64,000 nucleotides of DNA, taken from Eubacteriales bacterium (GTDB lineage Bacteria > Bacillota > Clostridia > Oscillospirales > JAAYXM01). Below are positions 54,877 through 63,763 of this stretch, piece by piece. Each line of letters opens with the position of its first letter. The stretch's first letter is position 1. Location of the stretch: the NCBI GenBank assembly GCA_045636865.1, contig JAZTYJ010000004.1:108662-172661 (forward strand), read 5' to 3'. The position numbers and the translations under genes were made by a program. Below the pieces are notes generated by a model. That model searched no databases and had not been told where the DNA came from. It was given only the letters and a program-made list of their open reading frames with translations.

Positions 54877-55809
54877 TTATTCAACATAGTTTTTGACGAA
54901 GATATCCGCGTCTTCATCCGTTTCGGGGAAAGCGACATCGGTGTACATACACCAGCATTCGCTGTGGCAAACCTCATCACCGGGGAATAGCTTGGAGAGA
55001 ATGCCGATGCTTTCGCACTCGAGCATATCCTTTGCGGTAAAGGTCTCAAAGTTGCAGTTTCTGTCGGGGTGCGGCATGTCTTCGTTGGTATCAAAGTATT
55101 TCACAAAAACATTGCCACGGTTAAAGTATGCCGCCCAGCCGTGCTGACTGAGGGTTCCGAACTTGAATTTTTCGGGAACCGTTGCATCGTGTGAAAGGCG
55201 GATATATTTATCGCCCCACGAAACTCTCGGATCCATCATTTTTGTGTGCCGCCACAGAACAAAGTGGCGGTTGTCAAGCAGGGTTTCTTCGTGTGTTGCA
55301 ACGGGGATAAGCTCGCATCCGCCCGGAGCAAGAACCGTAAGTGCCCACGGTGCAAGAGTTATGGGAGCGCTCCCCGTATTCTTGATTTTATGGACGATGT
55401 GGAAGCAGTTCTCTTCCGGCATCGTCATTTCAAAAGAAAAAGAAAGACCGCGCTCTGCCTGTTCGGGAGGTGTCAGAATAACACCGTTTTCAATTATCTC
55501 ATAAGAGACGGGTGCGTTGTCGGGATAGTACGTTTCGGGAAACTGCTCGGGACTTGTCCACATGCGGTGTCCGCCTCTGATATGCCAAATGCCCTTGTCC
55601 TTGCCGAACATCTCGATGCTTTCTTTTTCAAAAGCAAGCCCGTTTACATTATCTTCGATGTCTTCAAAAAACATATTCTCACGACCGATGGGAGAAAACC
55701 TTATAACCCTCGGACCGAAATCGAGTGTTACAAACGCCTCGTTTATGCCGTCGCAAAGGCGAAGGCATCTGCCCCAGGGAGAATATGTTACTTCTTTGAT
55801 ATTGATCAT
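54877..55809 (-). CDS. hypothetical protein (possibly mutarotase-like beta-sandwich)
   Basis: ATG at 55809 with AGAAGG upstream. The family was not recognised with confidence. An own promoter TTGAAT-17-TATAAT lies upstream. Confidence 0.5.
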   Translation of the reverse strand: MINIKEVTYSPWGRCLRLCDGINEAFVTLDFGPRVIRFSPIGRENMFFEDIEDNVNGLAFEKESIEMFGKDKGIWHIRGGHRMWTSPEQFPETYYPDNAPVSYEIIENGVILTPPEQAERGLSFSFEMTMPEENCFHIVHKIKNTGSAPITLAPWALTVLAPGGCELIPVATHEETLLDNRHFVLWRHTKMMDPRVSWGDKYIRLSHDATVPEKFKFGTLSQHGWAAYFNRGNVFVKYFDTNEDMPHPDRNCNFETFTAKDMLECESIGILSKLFPGDEVCHSECWCMYTDVAFPETDEDADIFVKNYVE

Positions 55810-55955
55810 GGAATAAACCTTCTTTCGGATTTGCAATCATATAAAAATTATAACAAATTTCCACAAAATATTCAATAGATAAAAATCATGCTTGCAAGAT
55901 GACATAATTACATATATAATGTAACGTGGAGCATATTTAAGGACGTGTAAAAATA

Positions 55956-56951
55956 GTGAAGTATATTGTGATGGATCTTGAATGGAATCAGGCTCGTTCA
56001 AATAATGAGGTTGTGTCCGACAGCAACGGCAACAAGCTCTACGGTGAAATTATCCAGATAGGTGCCGTAAAACTCTCGGACAAGCTTGAGCTTGAATCAA
56101 CATTCAAGTTGAACGTAAAACCGAAATATTATAAGGTTCTCCACAGGAAGGTCAGGCAGATTACGGGGCTTGAACAGAAGGATATCAAAAACGGAGAGGA
56201 TTTTCTCAAAGCTGTTGAAAAACTCCGCCTGTGGTGTGGAGAAGATTTCGTTTTTCTGACATGGGGACCCGACGACATAAGAGTCCTCCGCAGAAATATC
56301 GAGATATACGGCAAAAATTCATCGTGGCTCAATAACTGGTTTGATCTCCAGGTGATATATAACATCCAGACGGATTCGGGAGAGAATCAGAAATCTCTTC
56401 AGAGTGCAATCGAGCATTTCAATATTGAACTGAACGGACCGATGCACGACGCGTACAATGACGCATACTATACCGCGGCAGTTGCAAAACACCTTGATGT
56501 GTACAACGGCATTGCAGACCTTATGCAGAGAGCAAGAAAACGCGCGATTTTAGACGAATCAAATCCGCTTCTCTGTGAAGTTTACGGAGGGTATGGCGCA
56601 CGCCGCGATGTCTTTGCAGACCGCGACGTTGCGGAGATAAAATGTCCGGAATGCGGAAAGCTTTGCAAAAACCGCAGAAAATGGGTATCCGAGAACAACG
56701 ATAAATATCTTACACTCGCGTCCTGCGAAGAGCACGGAAAATATGTTGTAAGGTTGAGCCTTCACAAGGATGAGAACACTTACAGGGTGAACAAAATAAT
56801 CTATCTCGCAGGTGACGGTGCTGATCTTCACTACGAGAAAAAGATAAAAAAAGAGGCTGCAAGAAAAAAGAAGAAAAAACGCAGATTAAAAAGAGCAACT
56901 CCAAGAAAACCACTCGCAAAAACAGAGAATTTAAAGAAAGAGAAGCAGTAA
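55956..56951 (+). CDS. DEDDh 3'-5' exonuclease domain protein with C-terminal zinc ribbon and Lys-rich tail
   Basis: Exo motifs DLEWN, WGPDD and HDAYNDA. CPECG...CEEHG Cys/His pairs. The tail is KKIKKEAARKKKKKRRLKR. GTG start, with an alternative ATG at 55971. Confidence 0.7.
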   Translation: MKYIVMDLEWNQARSNNEVVSDSNGNKLYGEIIQIGAVKLSDKLELESTFKLNVKPKYYKVLHRKVRQITGLEQKDIKNGEDFLKAVEKLRLWCGEDFVFLTWGPDDIRVLRRNIEIYGKNSSWLNNWFDLQVIYNIQTDSGENQKSLQSAIEHFNIELNGPMHDAYNDAYYTAAVAKHLDVYNGIADLMQRARKRAILDESNPLLCEVYGGYGARRDVFADRDVAEIKCPECGKLCKNRRKWVSENNDKYLTLASCEEHGKYVVRLSLHKDENTYRVNKIIYLAGDGADLHYEKKIKKEAARKKKKKRRLKRATPRKPLAKTENLKKEKQ

Positions 56952-56999
56952 AAACAGCATTAAGGGATGGGATTACTGTAAATAAGGGGGATTTTCGAT

Positions 57000-57890
57000 A
57001 TGGGAGAAATTAAGAAAAGAAAGCGCAGATGGGGAGATCGATACGACGGATATAAAGTAAAGCACAAGGATCCGACATTCTATCTCATTCCGCAGATAAT
57101 GCGGACAAGACTCGACAGCCAGATTTTCTTTGACGAGCAGATTGATATTTCGGGGCTTCGCAAGTTTATCGTAGAGAATCGCGAAAATATCCCCGGGCTT
57201 TCAATGTATCATTTTTTTGTTGCGGCAATCATCAGAACAATGGTGCAGAGACCGAGAATAAACCGCTTCGTCAGCGGCAGAAAGATTTATTCGAGAAGCT
57301 ACATAAGAGTTTCGCTGACCATCAAAAAGCTTATGGATGAAAACGGCGAGGAAGGTCAGCTCACTCCCGAGTTTGATGTAAACGATACACTCGCTGATGT
57401 CGTTGCAAAGTTCAATGCGGCGCTTGAAGAGGCAAAAGCAGAGGACGAAAAAAACAAAGGAAACGACACCGACCTTACAATAAGGCTCTTAAGTGCGCTT
57501 CCCGGATTTGTTCTTAAGTTTGTTGTATGGCTTCTTCGCAACCTCGACTCAATCGGACTTATGCCGAAGTTCATAAACAGAGTAAGTCCGTTCCATTCAT
57601 CAATTTTTGTTACAAACGTCGGTTCAATCGGCTTGAGTCCGGTTTACCACCACCTGTATGAATTCGGAACAACCTCTGCGTTTATGGCAATCGGCAAAAA
57701 AGAGGTAGTAAACGAAATCGACCGCGACGGAAAGGTAAATTCCAAGCACGTAATAAATATGCGCTTCGTACTTGACGAGCGCATATGTGACGGATATTAT
57801 TTTGCATCGGCAATCAAGCTTTTTAAATATTACGTAAAGCATCCGGAAATGCTTCTCTTACCTCCTGATTACGTGAGCGAAGATTATTGA
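57000..57890 (+). CDS. stand-alone 2-oxoacid dehydrogenase E2-type (CAT-like) acyltransferase catalytic domain
   Basis: The C-terminal motif LDERICDGYY corresponds to the DHRxxDG active site. There is no lipoyl or subunit-binding domain. Confidence 0.65.
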   Translation: MGEIKKRKRRWGDRYDGYKVKHKDPTFYLIPQIMRTRLDSQIFFDEQIDISGLRKFIVENRENIPGLSMYHFFVAAIIRTMVQRPRINRFVSGRKIYSRSYIRVSLTIKKLMDENGEEGQLTPEFDVNDTLADVVAKFNAALEEAKAEDEKNKGNDTDLTIRLLSALPGFVLKFVVWLLRNLDSIGLMPKFINRVSPFHSSIFVTNVGSIGLSPVYHHLYEFGTTSAFMAIGKKEVVNEIDRDGKVNSKHVINMRFVLDERICDGYYFASAIKLFKYYVKHPEMLLLPPDYVSEDY

Positions 57891-58590
57891 TAAAACGTGT
57901 GATTCTTGACGGGTCTTCAACCGTCGGGATAATATTGCTCTGTGCAAGTGATATGTGGTCGCCGTTTGAGAAGATTATATGGTCATCAAGGCGGATGCCT
58001 GCATAAAGGAGAGCGTTGAATATCTGCTGTGTTGAGTCAAGGTCTTCAAGCGACGGAAGTGCATCACCGTGAAGATGATTATGACCGATGATAACACGGG
58101 CAGAATCGAACGCAAGAGCAAACTGAAGGATTTTGCGGACGCTTATGTCAATTGCGTTTATCGAACCTTCGAAAACAGGACGGCACGACAGAAGTTTATT
58201 GTTGCCGTCAAGGCACATAACAATAAGAACTTCCGTGTCATAACCGATAAAGTGCTCGGACAGATACTTTGTCGCATCATTTACATTATTGAAGATACAA
58301 GGCTTATTCCATTGGTCAAGACAGTAACGTCGATAGAACTTTGGGATAAGCTTTATGTATTCTGCGGCGGTTTCGCCCATTCCCGGAACCTTGCAAAGCT
58401 CGCTGACGGGCGCATCGAGAACTCCGGGGATGCTCCCGAATTCTTTTATGAGCGTGCGCGCAAGCTCACAGGTGTCGCGCCGTGTGATGATGCCGTGAAG
58501 CATATATTCAAGAACGATATAATCGGGAATCGTTTCGATGCTTTCTTCTTTAAAACGTTTGCGAAGTCGCTCGCGGTGTCCGTCTGCCAC
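57823..58590 (-). CDS. radC: RadC-family JAB/MPN domain protein
   Basis: GTG start with AAGGAG upstream. HhH region (VPGMGETAA) and JAMM motif HNHLHGDALPSLEDLDST. Confidence 0.85.
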   Translation of the reverse strand: MADGHRERLRKRFKEESIETIPDYIVLEYMLHGIITRRDTCELARTLIKEFGSIPGVLDAPVSELCKVPGMGETAAEYIKLIPKFYRRYCLDQWNKPCIFNNVNDATKYLSEHFIGYDTEVLIVMCLDGNNKLLSCRPVFEGSINAIDISVRKILQFALAFDSARVIIGHNHLHGDALPSLEDLDSTQQIFNALLYAGIRLDDHIIFSNGDHISLAQSNIIPTVEDPSRITRFINNLRSRNQEVREAFPDALRNI

Positions 58591-58725
58591 TTCATATCCA
58601 CTCCTTCGGATGTCTTTTTTAGATATTATATCAAAAAACGCATATTCTGTAAACAGATTTATTCTTTTGAATTATTTCGAAAATTCTGCTCAAAATAAAG
58701 CAAGAAAAATTTCGGAGGGCAGGAT

Positions 58726-59403
58726 ATGTCGGAAAAAAGTGATATCAAAAAAGAAGAGCGCGAAGGGATAGTTGAAACCGGCTCTGTCGTGACTCACGGC
58801 AAGCGGGGAAATATACATTGTCTTACGATAATCGGGCAGATTGAGGGGCACACCGTGCTCGGAAACGACACAAAAACAACAAAATACGAGCATATATGCC
58901 CGTCGCTTGCGGCAGTCGAGGAGGATGACGAAATCGACGGACTTCTCATAATGCTCAATACCGTAGGAGGGGATATTGAGGCAGGTCTTGCGATAGCCGA
59001 GCTTATTGCGGGTATGACAAAGCCGACGGCATCGCTTATTCTCGGAGGTGGGCATTCGATAGGCGTTCCGCTTGCAGTTGCGGCTGATTTTTCGATAATT
59101 GCTCAAAGTGCCGCAATAACGATTCACCCCGTGCGCATGAGTGGTGTCGTGGTAGGTGCACCTCAGACGTTTAACTATTTTGAGCGGGTGCAGGATCGGA
59201 TAACAAGCTTTGTTGAGCGTCATTCAAATATGTCTGCGGAGAAATTCCGCGAATATATGCTGAAGGTGGGAGAACTTGCAACGGATGTGGGAACCGTCAT
59301 CTACGGTGAAGAGGCGGTTGATATCGGTCTCATAGACAAGGTCGGCGGGCTTTCTGATGCGCTTTCATATCTCCACGCACACACTTTATCAAAAAATGGC
59401 TAA
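58726..59403 (+). CDS. ClpP-family protein, TepA/YmfB-like
   Basis: IHCLTIIGQIEGH...LNTVGGDIEAGLAI...GGGHSIG resembles B. subtilis TepA from memory. Confidence 0.6.
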   Translation: MSEKSDIKKEEREGIVETGSVVTHGKRGNIHCLTIIGQIEGHTVLGNDTKTTKYEHICPSLAAVEEDDEIDGLLIMLNTVGGDIEAGLAIAELIAGMTKPTASLILGGGHSIGVPLAVAADFSIIAQSAAITIHPVRMSGVVVGAPQTFNYFERVQDRITSFVERHSNMSAEKFREYMLKVGELATDVGTVIYGEEAVDIGLIDKVGGLSDALSYLHAHTLSKNG

Positions 59404-59472
59404 AACGGTCTTGAAAAAATCTTTCCTAAGATATATAATGTAGTAAAGATAAACGGAAAGGAGCACAAGGTT

Positions 59473-59676
59473 ATGGCTCAGATTACAAAGGACACCATCA
59501 TCGGTGATATTCTTGATATGGACGTTACAACAGCACCCTATTTCTTCGAAATCGGAATGCATTGTCTCGGATGTCCGTCAGCAAGAGGAGAAACTCTCGG
59601 TCAGGCTTGTGAAGTTCACGGCGTAGACGCTGATGCACTTCTTGAGAAGCTTAATAACCACCTCGAGGGAAAGTAA
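59473..59676 (+). CDS. DUF1858 (hybrid-cluster-protein-associated redox disulfide) small protein
   Basis: 67 aa with an MHCLGCP motif. Confidence 0.7.
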   Translation: MAQITKDTIIGDILDMDVTTAPYFFEIGMHCLGCPSARGETLGQACEVHGVDADALLEKLNNHLEGK

Positions 59677-59687
59677 AAAGAAAAAGA

Positions 59688-59721
59688 AATTGCGTGCCTT
59701 TTAAAAAGCATGCAATTTTTC
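59688..59721 (+). terminator. intrinsic terminator
   Basis: aattgcgtgc-loop-gcatgcaatt (one G-U pair) followed by TTTTT. Confidence 0.7.
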
Positions 59722-59737
59722 TTTAGGAGGAATTTTT

Positions 59738-60415
59738 TTGGAAAAAGATCTCGGCGCAAGATTGCTTGCCGTTGCAGAGGCGATTCCGCGATGTGAAAGT
59801 CTTGTGGATTGCGGGTGCGACCACGCATACGTTTCGATTCATGCGGCAAAAGCGGGAAAAGTGAACAAAATAACAGCAAGCGACATAAACCGCGGTCCGC
59901 TTGAGAATGCAAAGAGCGAAATCGAGGCGGCAGGCTTCTCGGACAGGATAGAAACGGTCCTTACCGACGGGCTTTCGGGCATTTCTCCGCACGAATGTGT
60001 CGTTATTGCCGGTATGGGTGGAGAGACTATTGCAGAAATCATAGCCGCAACCTCGTGGACGAAGGAAAACTGTACGCTTATCCTGCAGCCGATGACAAAG
60101 CTTGATATCCTCCGCACCTTTCTTTATAACGAAGGATTTGAGATATTTGACGAAAAAATAGTTGCGGAGGGCGAGCGGATATACTGTGTGATTTCCACGC
60201 GCTTTGCGGGAGACGTTGCATACCTTCCGTATGAAAAATACATAAGCAAAGGCGCGCGCTCGTGTGCGCTTGCAAAAAAGTATACCGATTCGGTTATAAA
60301 GCGACTTGAAAATGAGCTTCAAAGCCGCAGTCTTGCAAATGCGATAACAGAAGAAGAAAAAGAAGCGAGAGAGCGCGACCTTGAATCTCTTTATGAAATG
60401 AGGAAAAGTTTATGA
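59738..60415 (+). CDS. trmK: tRNA (adenine22-N1)-methyltransferase
   Basis: TTG start with AGGAGG upstream. LVDCGCDHAY and IAGMGGETI motifs. The trmK-nif3 pairing matches B. subtilis yqfN-yqfO. Confidence 0.8.
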   Translation: MEKDLGARLLAVAEAIPRCESLVDCGCDHAYVSIHAAKAGKVNKITASDINRGPLENAKSEIEAAGFSDRIETVLTDGLSGISPHECVVIAGMGGETIAEIIAATSWTKENCTLILQPMTKLDILRTFLYNEGFEIFDEKIVAEGERIYCVISTRFAGDVAYLPYEKYISKGARSCALAKKYTDSVIKRLENELQSRSLANAITEEEKEARERDLESLYEMRKSL

Positions 60416-61209
60416 TAAAAGTTTCTGACATGCTTTCGGCACTTTTAAAAACAGCTCCGCTTGAGCTTGCGATGAGCTTTGACAACCCCGGCTTTCTCGT
60501 CGGAAGCGGGGATGACGAGGTGAAAAAAGTTATTGTCGCTCTCGATATAACCGAAAGAGTTATAGACGAAGCAATAGCGACAGGTGCAAATCTCATTGTT
60601 TCGCATCACCCAGTCATTTTCGGTGAACGAAAGAGAGTAACCGATGAGGACGTTACGGGAAGACTCCTTATCAGAATGATAAGAAACGGAATCTCTGCAA
60701 TATGTATGCACACAAATCTTGACTGCGCAAAGGGTGGAGTCAACGATATTCTCGCAGACCTTTTCGGAATGGAAGACAGACGTCCTGTAGATCCTTGCGG
60801 AGAAACCGGTGAGGGGTGCGGAAGGTATGGAGAGTTAGCAGAAGAAGTTTCACTTTCTGACTTTTTGCCGCGAATCTGTAATGTTCTTTCTGCACGCGGA
60901 GTCCGCTTCTTTGATGCAAAAAGACCTGTGAAAAAACTTATGGTAGGCGGCGGCTCATGCGGAGAGTACGTTCTCGCGGCGGCAGAGTTTGGCTGTGATA
61001 CGCTCATTACTGCAGATGTGAAGCACAATCAGTTTCTCGATGCCGAGGCTCTCTCAATAAATGTGGTTGATGCAGGGCATTTTGCGACCGAAAATATAGT
61101 ATGTCCGTACATCTGCGATGTTGTAAAGAATAGTTTTCCATCTGTTTCCGTCCATATTGCAAAAAGCAATACAGACATAACGGATTACTTCAAGGCAAAC
61201 GAAAGGTAG
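60412..61209 (+). CDS. Nif3-like dinuclear metal center protein
   Basis: NLIVSHHP, MHTNLD and DAGHF motifs. ATGA overlap with trmK. Confidence 0.85.
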   Translation: MIKVSDMLSALLKTAPLELAMSFDNPGFLVGSGDDEVKKVIVALDITERVIDEAIATGANLIVSHHPVIFGERKRVTDEDVTGRLLIRMIRNGISAICMHTNLDCAKGGVNDILADLFGMEDRRPVDPCGETGEGCGRYGELAEEVSLSDFLPRICNVLSARGVRFFDAKRPVKKLMVGGGSCGEYVLAAAEFGCDTLITADVKHNQFLDAEALSINVVDAGHFATENIVCPYICDVVKNSFPSVSVHIAKSNTDITDYFKANER

Positions 61210-61215
61210 AGAAAA

Positions 61216-62967
61216 ATGGCACTTGACGCAACCTATATCGCCGCGCTTTCAGAGGAGCTTTCGTCTCTTCTTTGCGGCGCGCGAATAGATAAAATTCATC
61301 AGCCTGCAAAGGATGATATACTTATTGCGCTTCGCGGTCCGAACGTGAAAGGTAAAAAGCTTCTTCTTTCGGCAAACGCGTCTTTTCCGCGAGTGTATCT
61401 CACATCGTCATCACGCGAAAATCCGCAGGTTGCACCGATGTTCTGTATGCTTCTTCGCAAGTATCTTACAAACGGAAAGATCATATCAGTAACTTCACCC
61501 GAGGAAGAGCGAATTATAGATATATGTATAGAGGCGACTGATGAAATGGGTGTGCCGTGCAGGCGCATACTAACGTGTGAAATTATGGCGCGCCACTCAA
61601 ATATAATACTCCGCGACGGAGAAGATCGGATAATCGACTGTTTAAAGCGCATTGATATTGCCGTGAGTGAAAAGCGTCAGATTCTGCCGGGGCTTTTTTA
61701 CGAGCGTCCGCCACAGCAGAATAAGAAAAATCCGAAGAGCTTTTCGCGCGCAGAGCTTTTTGACATAATCTGCGGTGAGAAGGATGAAGTTCCGGCAGAA
61801 AAGTGGATTCTCTCAACGTTTTCGGGATTTTCTCCGCTTGTTTGCCGCGAGTTTGTATATCGCGCGTGCGGTGATGTTACGCGCCTTATGTCACAGTTTT
61901 CGCTGTCGGAAAAGGAGAAGCTTGCATCCGAAATCTTTTCGGTTTCAGGTGATGAGACAAATCCGTGTATAGTGTTTGACGGCAGACGTCCTTATGAGTT
62001 TTCTTTCTTTCCGATAATGCAGTACGGTGATATGTTCCGCATGGAGGAGCGAGAGAGTTTCTCCGACACGCTTGCGGAATTTTACGAGGAAAGAGAAAAA
62101 AACGCGACAATGGCATCTCTTTCTCACGGCACGTTGCAGGTGGTAAAAAATGCACTTTCAAGGGCGATAAGAAAGCTTGCGATACAGAAAGAAGAGCTTG
62201 AAAAAGCGCGTGACCGCGAAAAACTTCGTGAGCACGCCGAGCTTATAGCCGCAAACATCTACAGGCTTTCTAAAGGAATGACCTCCTTTGAGGCTATAAA
62301 TTATTTTAACGAAAACGAGGAGATAACCTTAAAGCTTGATTCAAGGCTCACTCCGCAGGAAAATTCCGAAAAGCTGTTTAAGGAATACCGCAGAATGAAA
62401 AATGCGGAGAAGTATCTCGCAGAGCAGATAGAGCTTGGCGAAGAGGAAATAATTTATCTTGAAAGCGTGCTTGAGAGTATAGAAAAAGCGGATTCGGAAG
62501 CAACGCTTTCAGAAATCCGCGAAGAGCTTTCCGAAACCGGATATATAGACAGGGGACGTCAGAATCAGAAGAAAAAAGCACGTGCACTCGCGCCGTACCG
62601 TTTTGTTTCAAGCGACGGATTTGTCATATACGCAGGAAAGAACAACAAGCAGAATGATATGCTGACACTAAAAAGCGCGATGAAGGGGGATTTGTGGCTT
62701 CACACAAAAAACATTCCGGGCTCTCATGTAATCGTCGAATGTTCGGGACGCGAGCTTCCCGACAGAACGATTACGGAAGCGGCAATTATTGCGGCAACGT
62801 ATTCGCGCGCAAAAAATTCGGTGAATGTTCCGGTTGACTATACGTATGTAAAATTCGTAAAAAAGCCGCAGGGTGCGGCTCCGGGGCGCGTTATTTATAC
62901 AAACTACTACACGGCATATGCAACGCCCGATGAGGAGCTTTGTAAAAAGCTTTCGGAGAATGTCTAA
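61216..62967 (+). CDS. rqcH: NFACT-family ribosome quality control protein (RqcH / FbpA-like)
   Basis: NFACT-N N-terminus (IDKIHQP), a central coiled coil and NFACT-R (LHTKNIPGSHVIV). Confidence 0.85.
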   Translation: MALDATYIAALSEELSSLLCGARIDKIHQPAKDDILIALRGPNVKGKKLLLSANASFPRVYLTSSSRENPQVAPMFCMLLRKYLTNGKIISVTSPEEERIIDICIEATDEMGVPCRRILTCEIMARHSNIILRDGEDRIIDCLKRIDIAVSEKRQILPGLFYERPPQQNKKNPKSFSRAELFDIICGEKDEVPAEKWILSTFSGFSPLVCREFVYRACGDVTRLMSQFSLSEKEKLASEIFSVSGDETNPCIVFDGRRPYEFSFFPIMQYGDMFRMEERESFSDTLAEFYEEREKNATMASLSHGTLQVVKNALSRAIRKLAIQKEELEKARDREKLREHAELIAANIYRLSKGMTSFEAINYFNENEEITLKLDSRLTPQENSEKLFKEYRRMKNAEKYLAEQIELGEEEIIYLESVLESIEKADSEATLSEIREELSETGYIDRGRQNQKKKARALAPYRFVSSDGFVIYAGKNNKQNDMLTLKSAMKGDLWLHTKNIPGSHVIVECSGRELPDRTITEAAIIAATYSRAKNSVNVPVDYTYVKFVKKPQGAAPGRVIYTNYYTAYATPDEELCKKLSENV

Positions 62968-63686
62968 AAGATAATATCATTAAAAATATCACATATTTCG
63001 GAAAAGACCAAAAACGAACAGACCGCACCGTGCTTTTTTGCAAGCCGCAGTTTTCCCGAAATGGTTTCATTATCATCAAACAAAACGGCAAATACCTCAT
63101 CGCCCGATGGGTTATAAAGAAAGTATTTGCATTGCATCTGCGGTGAAAAGAAAATGTCCGGTTCATATCGCGATATTTTTGAAAGAAGCCCGCGCTTTGT
63201 GAGCATACGTATTTTTGAAGAGGTGCACGGTAGCGGAAACTCCATCGACATCCGCTCAATCGAAACGGCAAAGTTCCGGAAACGGTTATGCGTTTCTTCA
63301 AAGTGCTCATGAAGGCTTCCGCCCGTAACAGAGCTTGAAACAACGGGGATCGTGCCGGGGATATGGTCTTTTGAAAGCGGTGTGAAAACCTGCAGCTTAT
63401 GATTTGAGAGATGTTCACACAGTTTTTCAAAATCTGTTGCTTTATTGTTCTCAAAGTCAAGAAAAACTCCGTGAGATAATCGTTTTTTTGTTTCGTTTAT
63501 GATAGCGGCGGCGCAGCCATTGTCCGCATTGTCTGCCGAAATAACAAGAATGTCGCACTTGTCTGTTGTTCTGTTTTCGGAATACAGAGTTTTTCCTTTC
63601 GCAACATACGATAAATCACCGCGCAAAAAGAAATCTTTTCGTGGTATGTTCGTATCGTTTTTTTGCATAAGCAGACATATGTCCAT
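62964..63686 (-). CDS. hypothetical protein
   Basis: ATG at 63686, 6 nt after GGAGGA. No recognisable family. Its stop overlaps the rqcH stop (CTAA). Confidence 0.5.
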   Translation of the reverse strand: MDICLLMQKNDTNIPRKDFFLRGDLSYVAKGKTLYSENRTTDKCDILVISADNADNGCAAAIINETKKRLSHGVFLDFENNKATDFEKLCEHLSNHKLQVFTPLSKDHIPGTIPVVSSSVTGGSLHEHFEETHNRFRNFAVSIERMSMEFPLPCTSSKIRMLTKRGLLSKISRYEPDIFFSPQMQCKYFLYNPSGDEVFAVLFDDNETISGKLRLAKKHGAVCSFLVFSEICDIFNDIIF

Positions 63687-63763
63687 TTTCATTCCTCCAT
63701 GGGTGTTGTTGAAAGATTTGTTTAAATGTGGTATAATGCGGTAGAAGAATTGGAGTTGATAAA

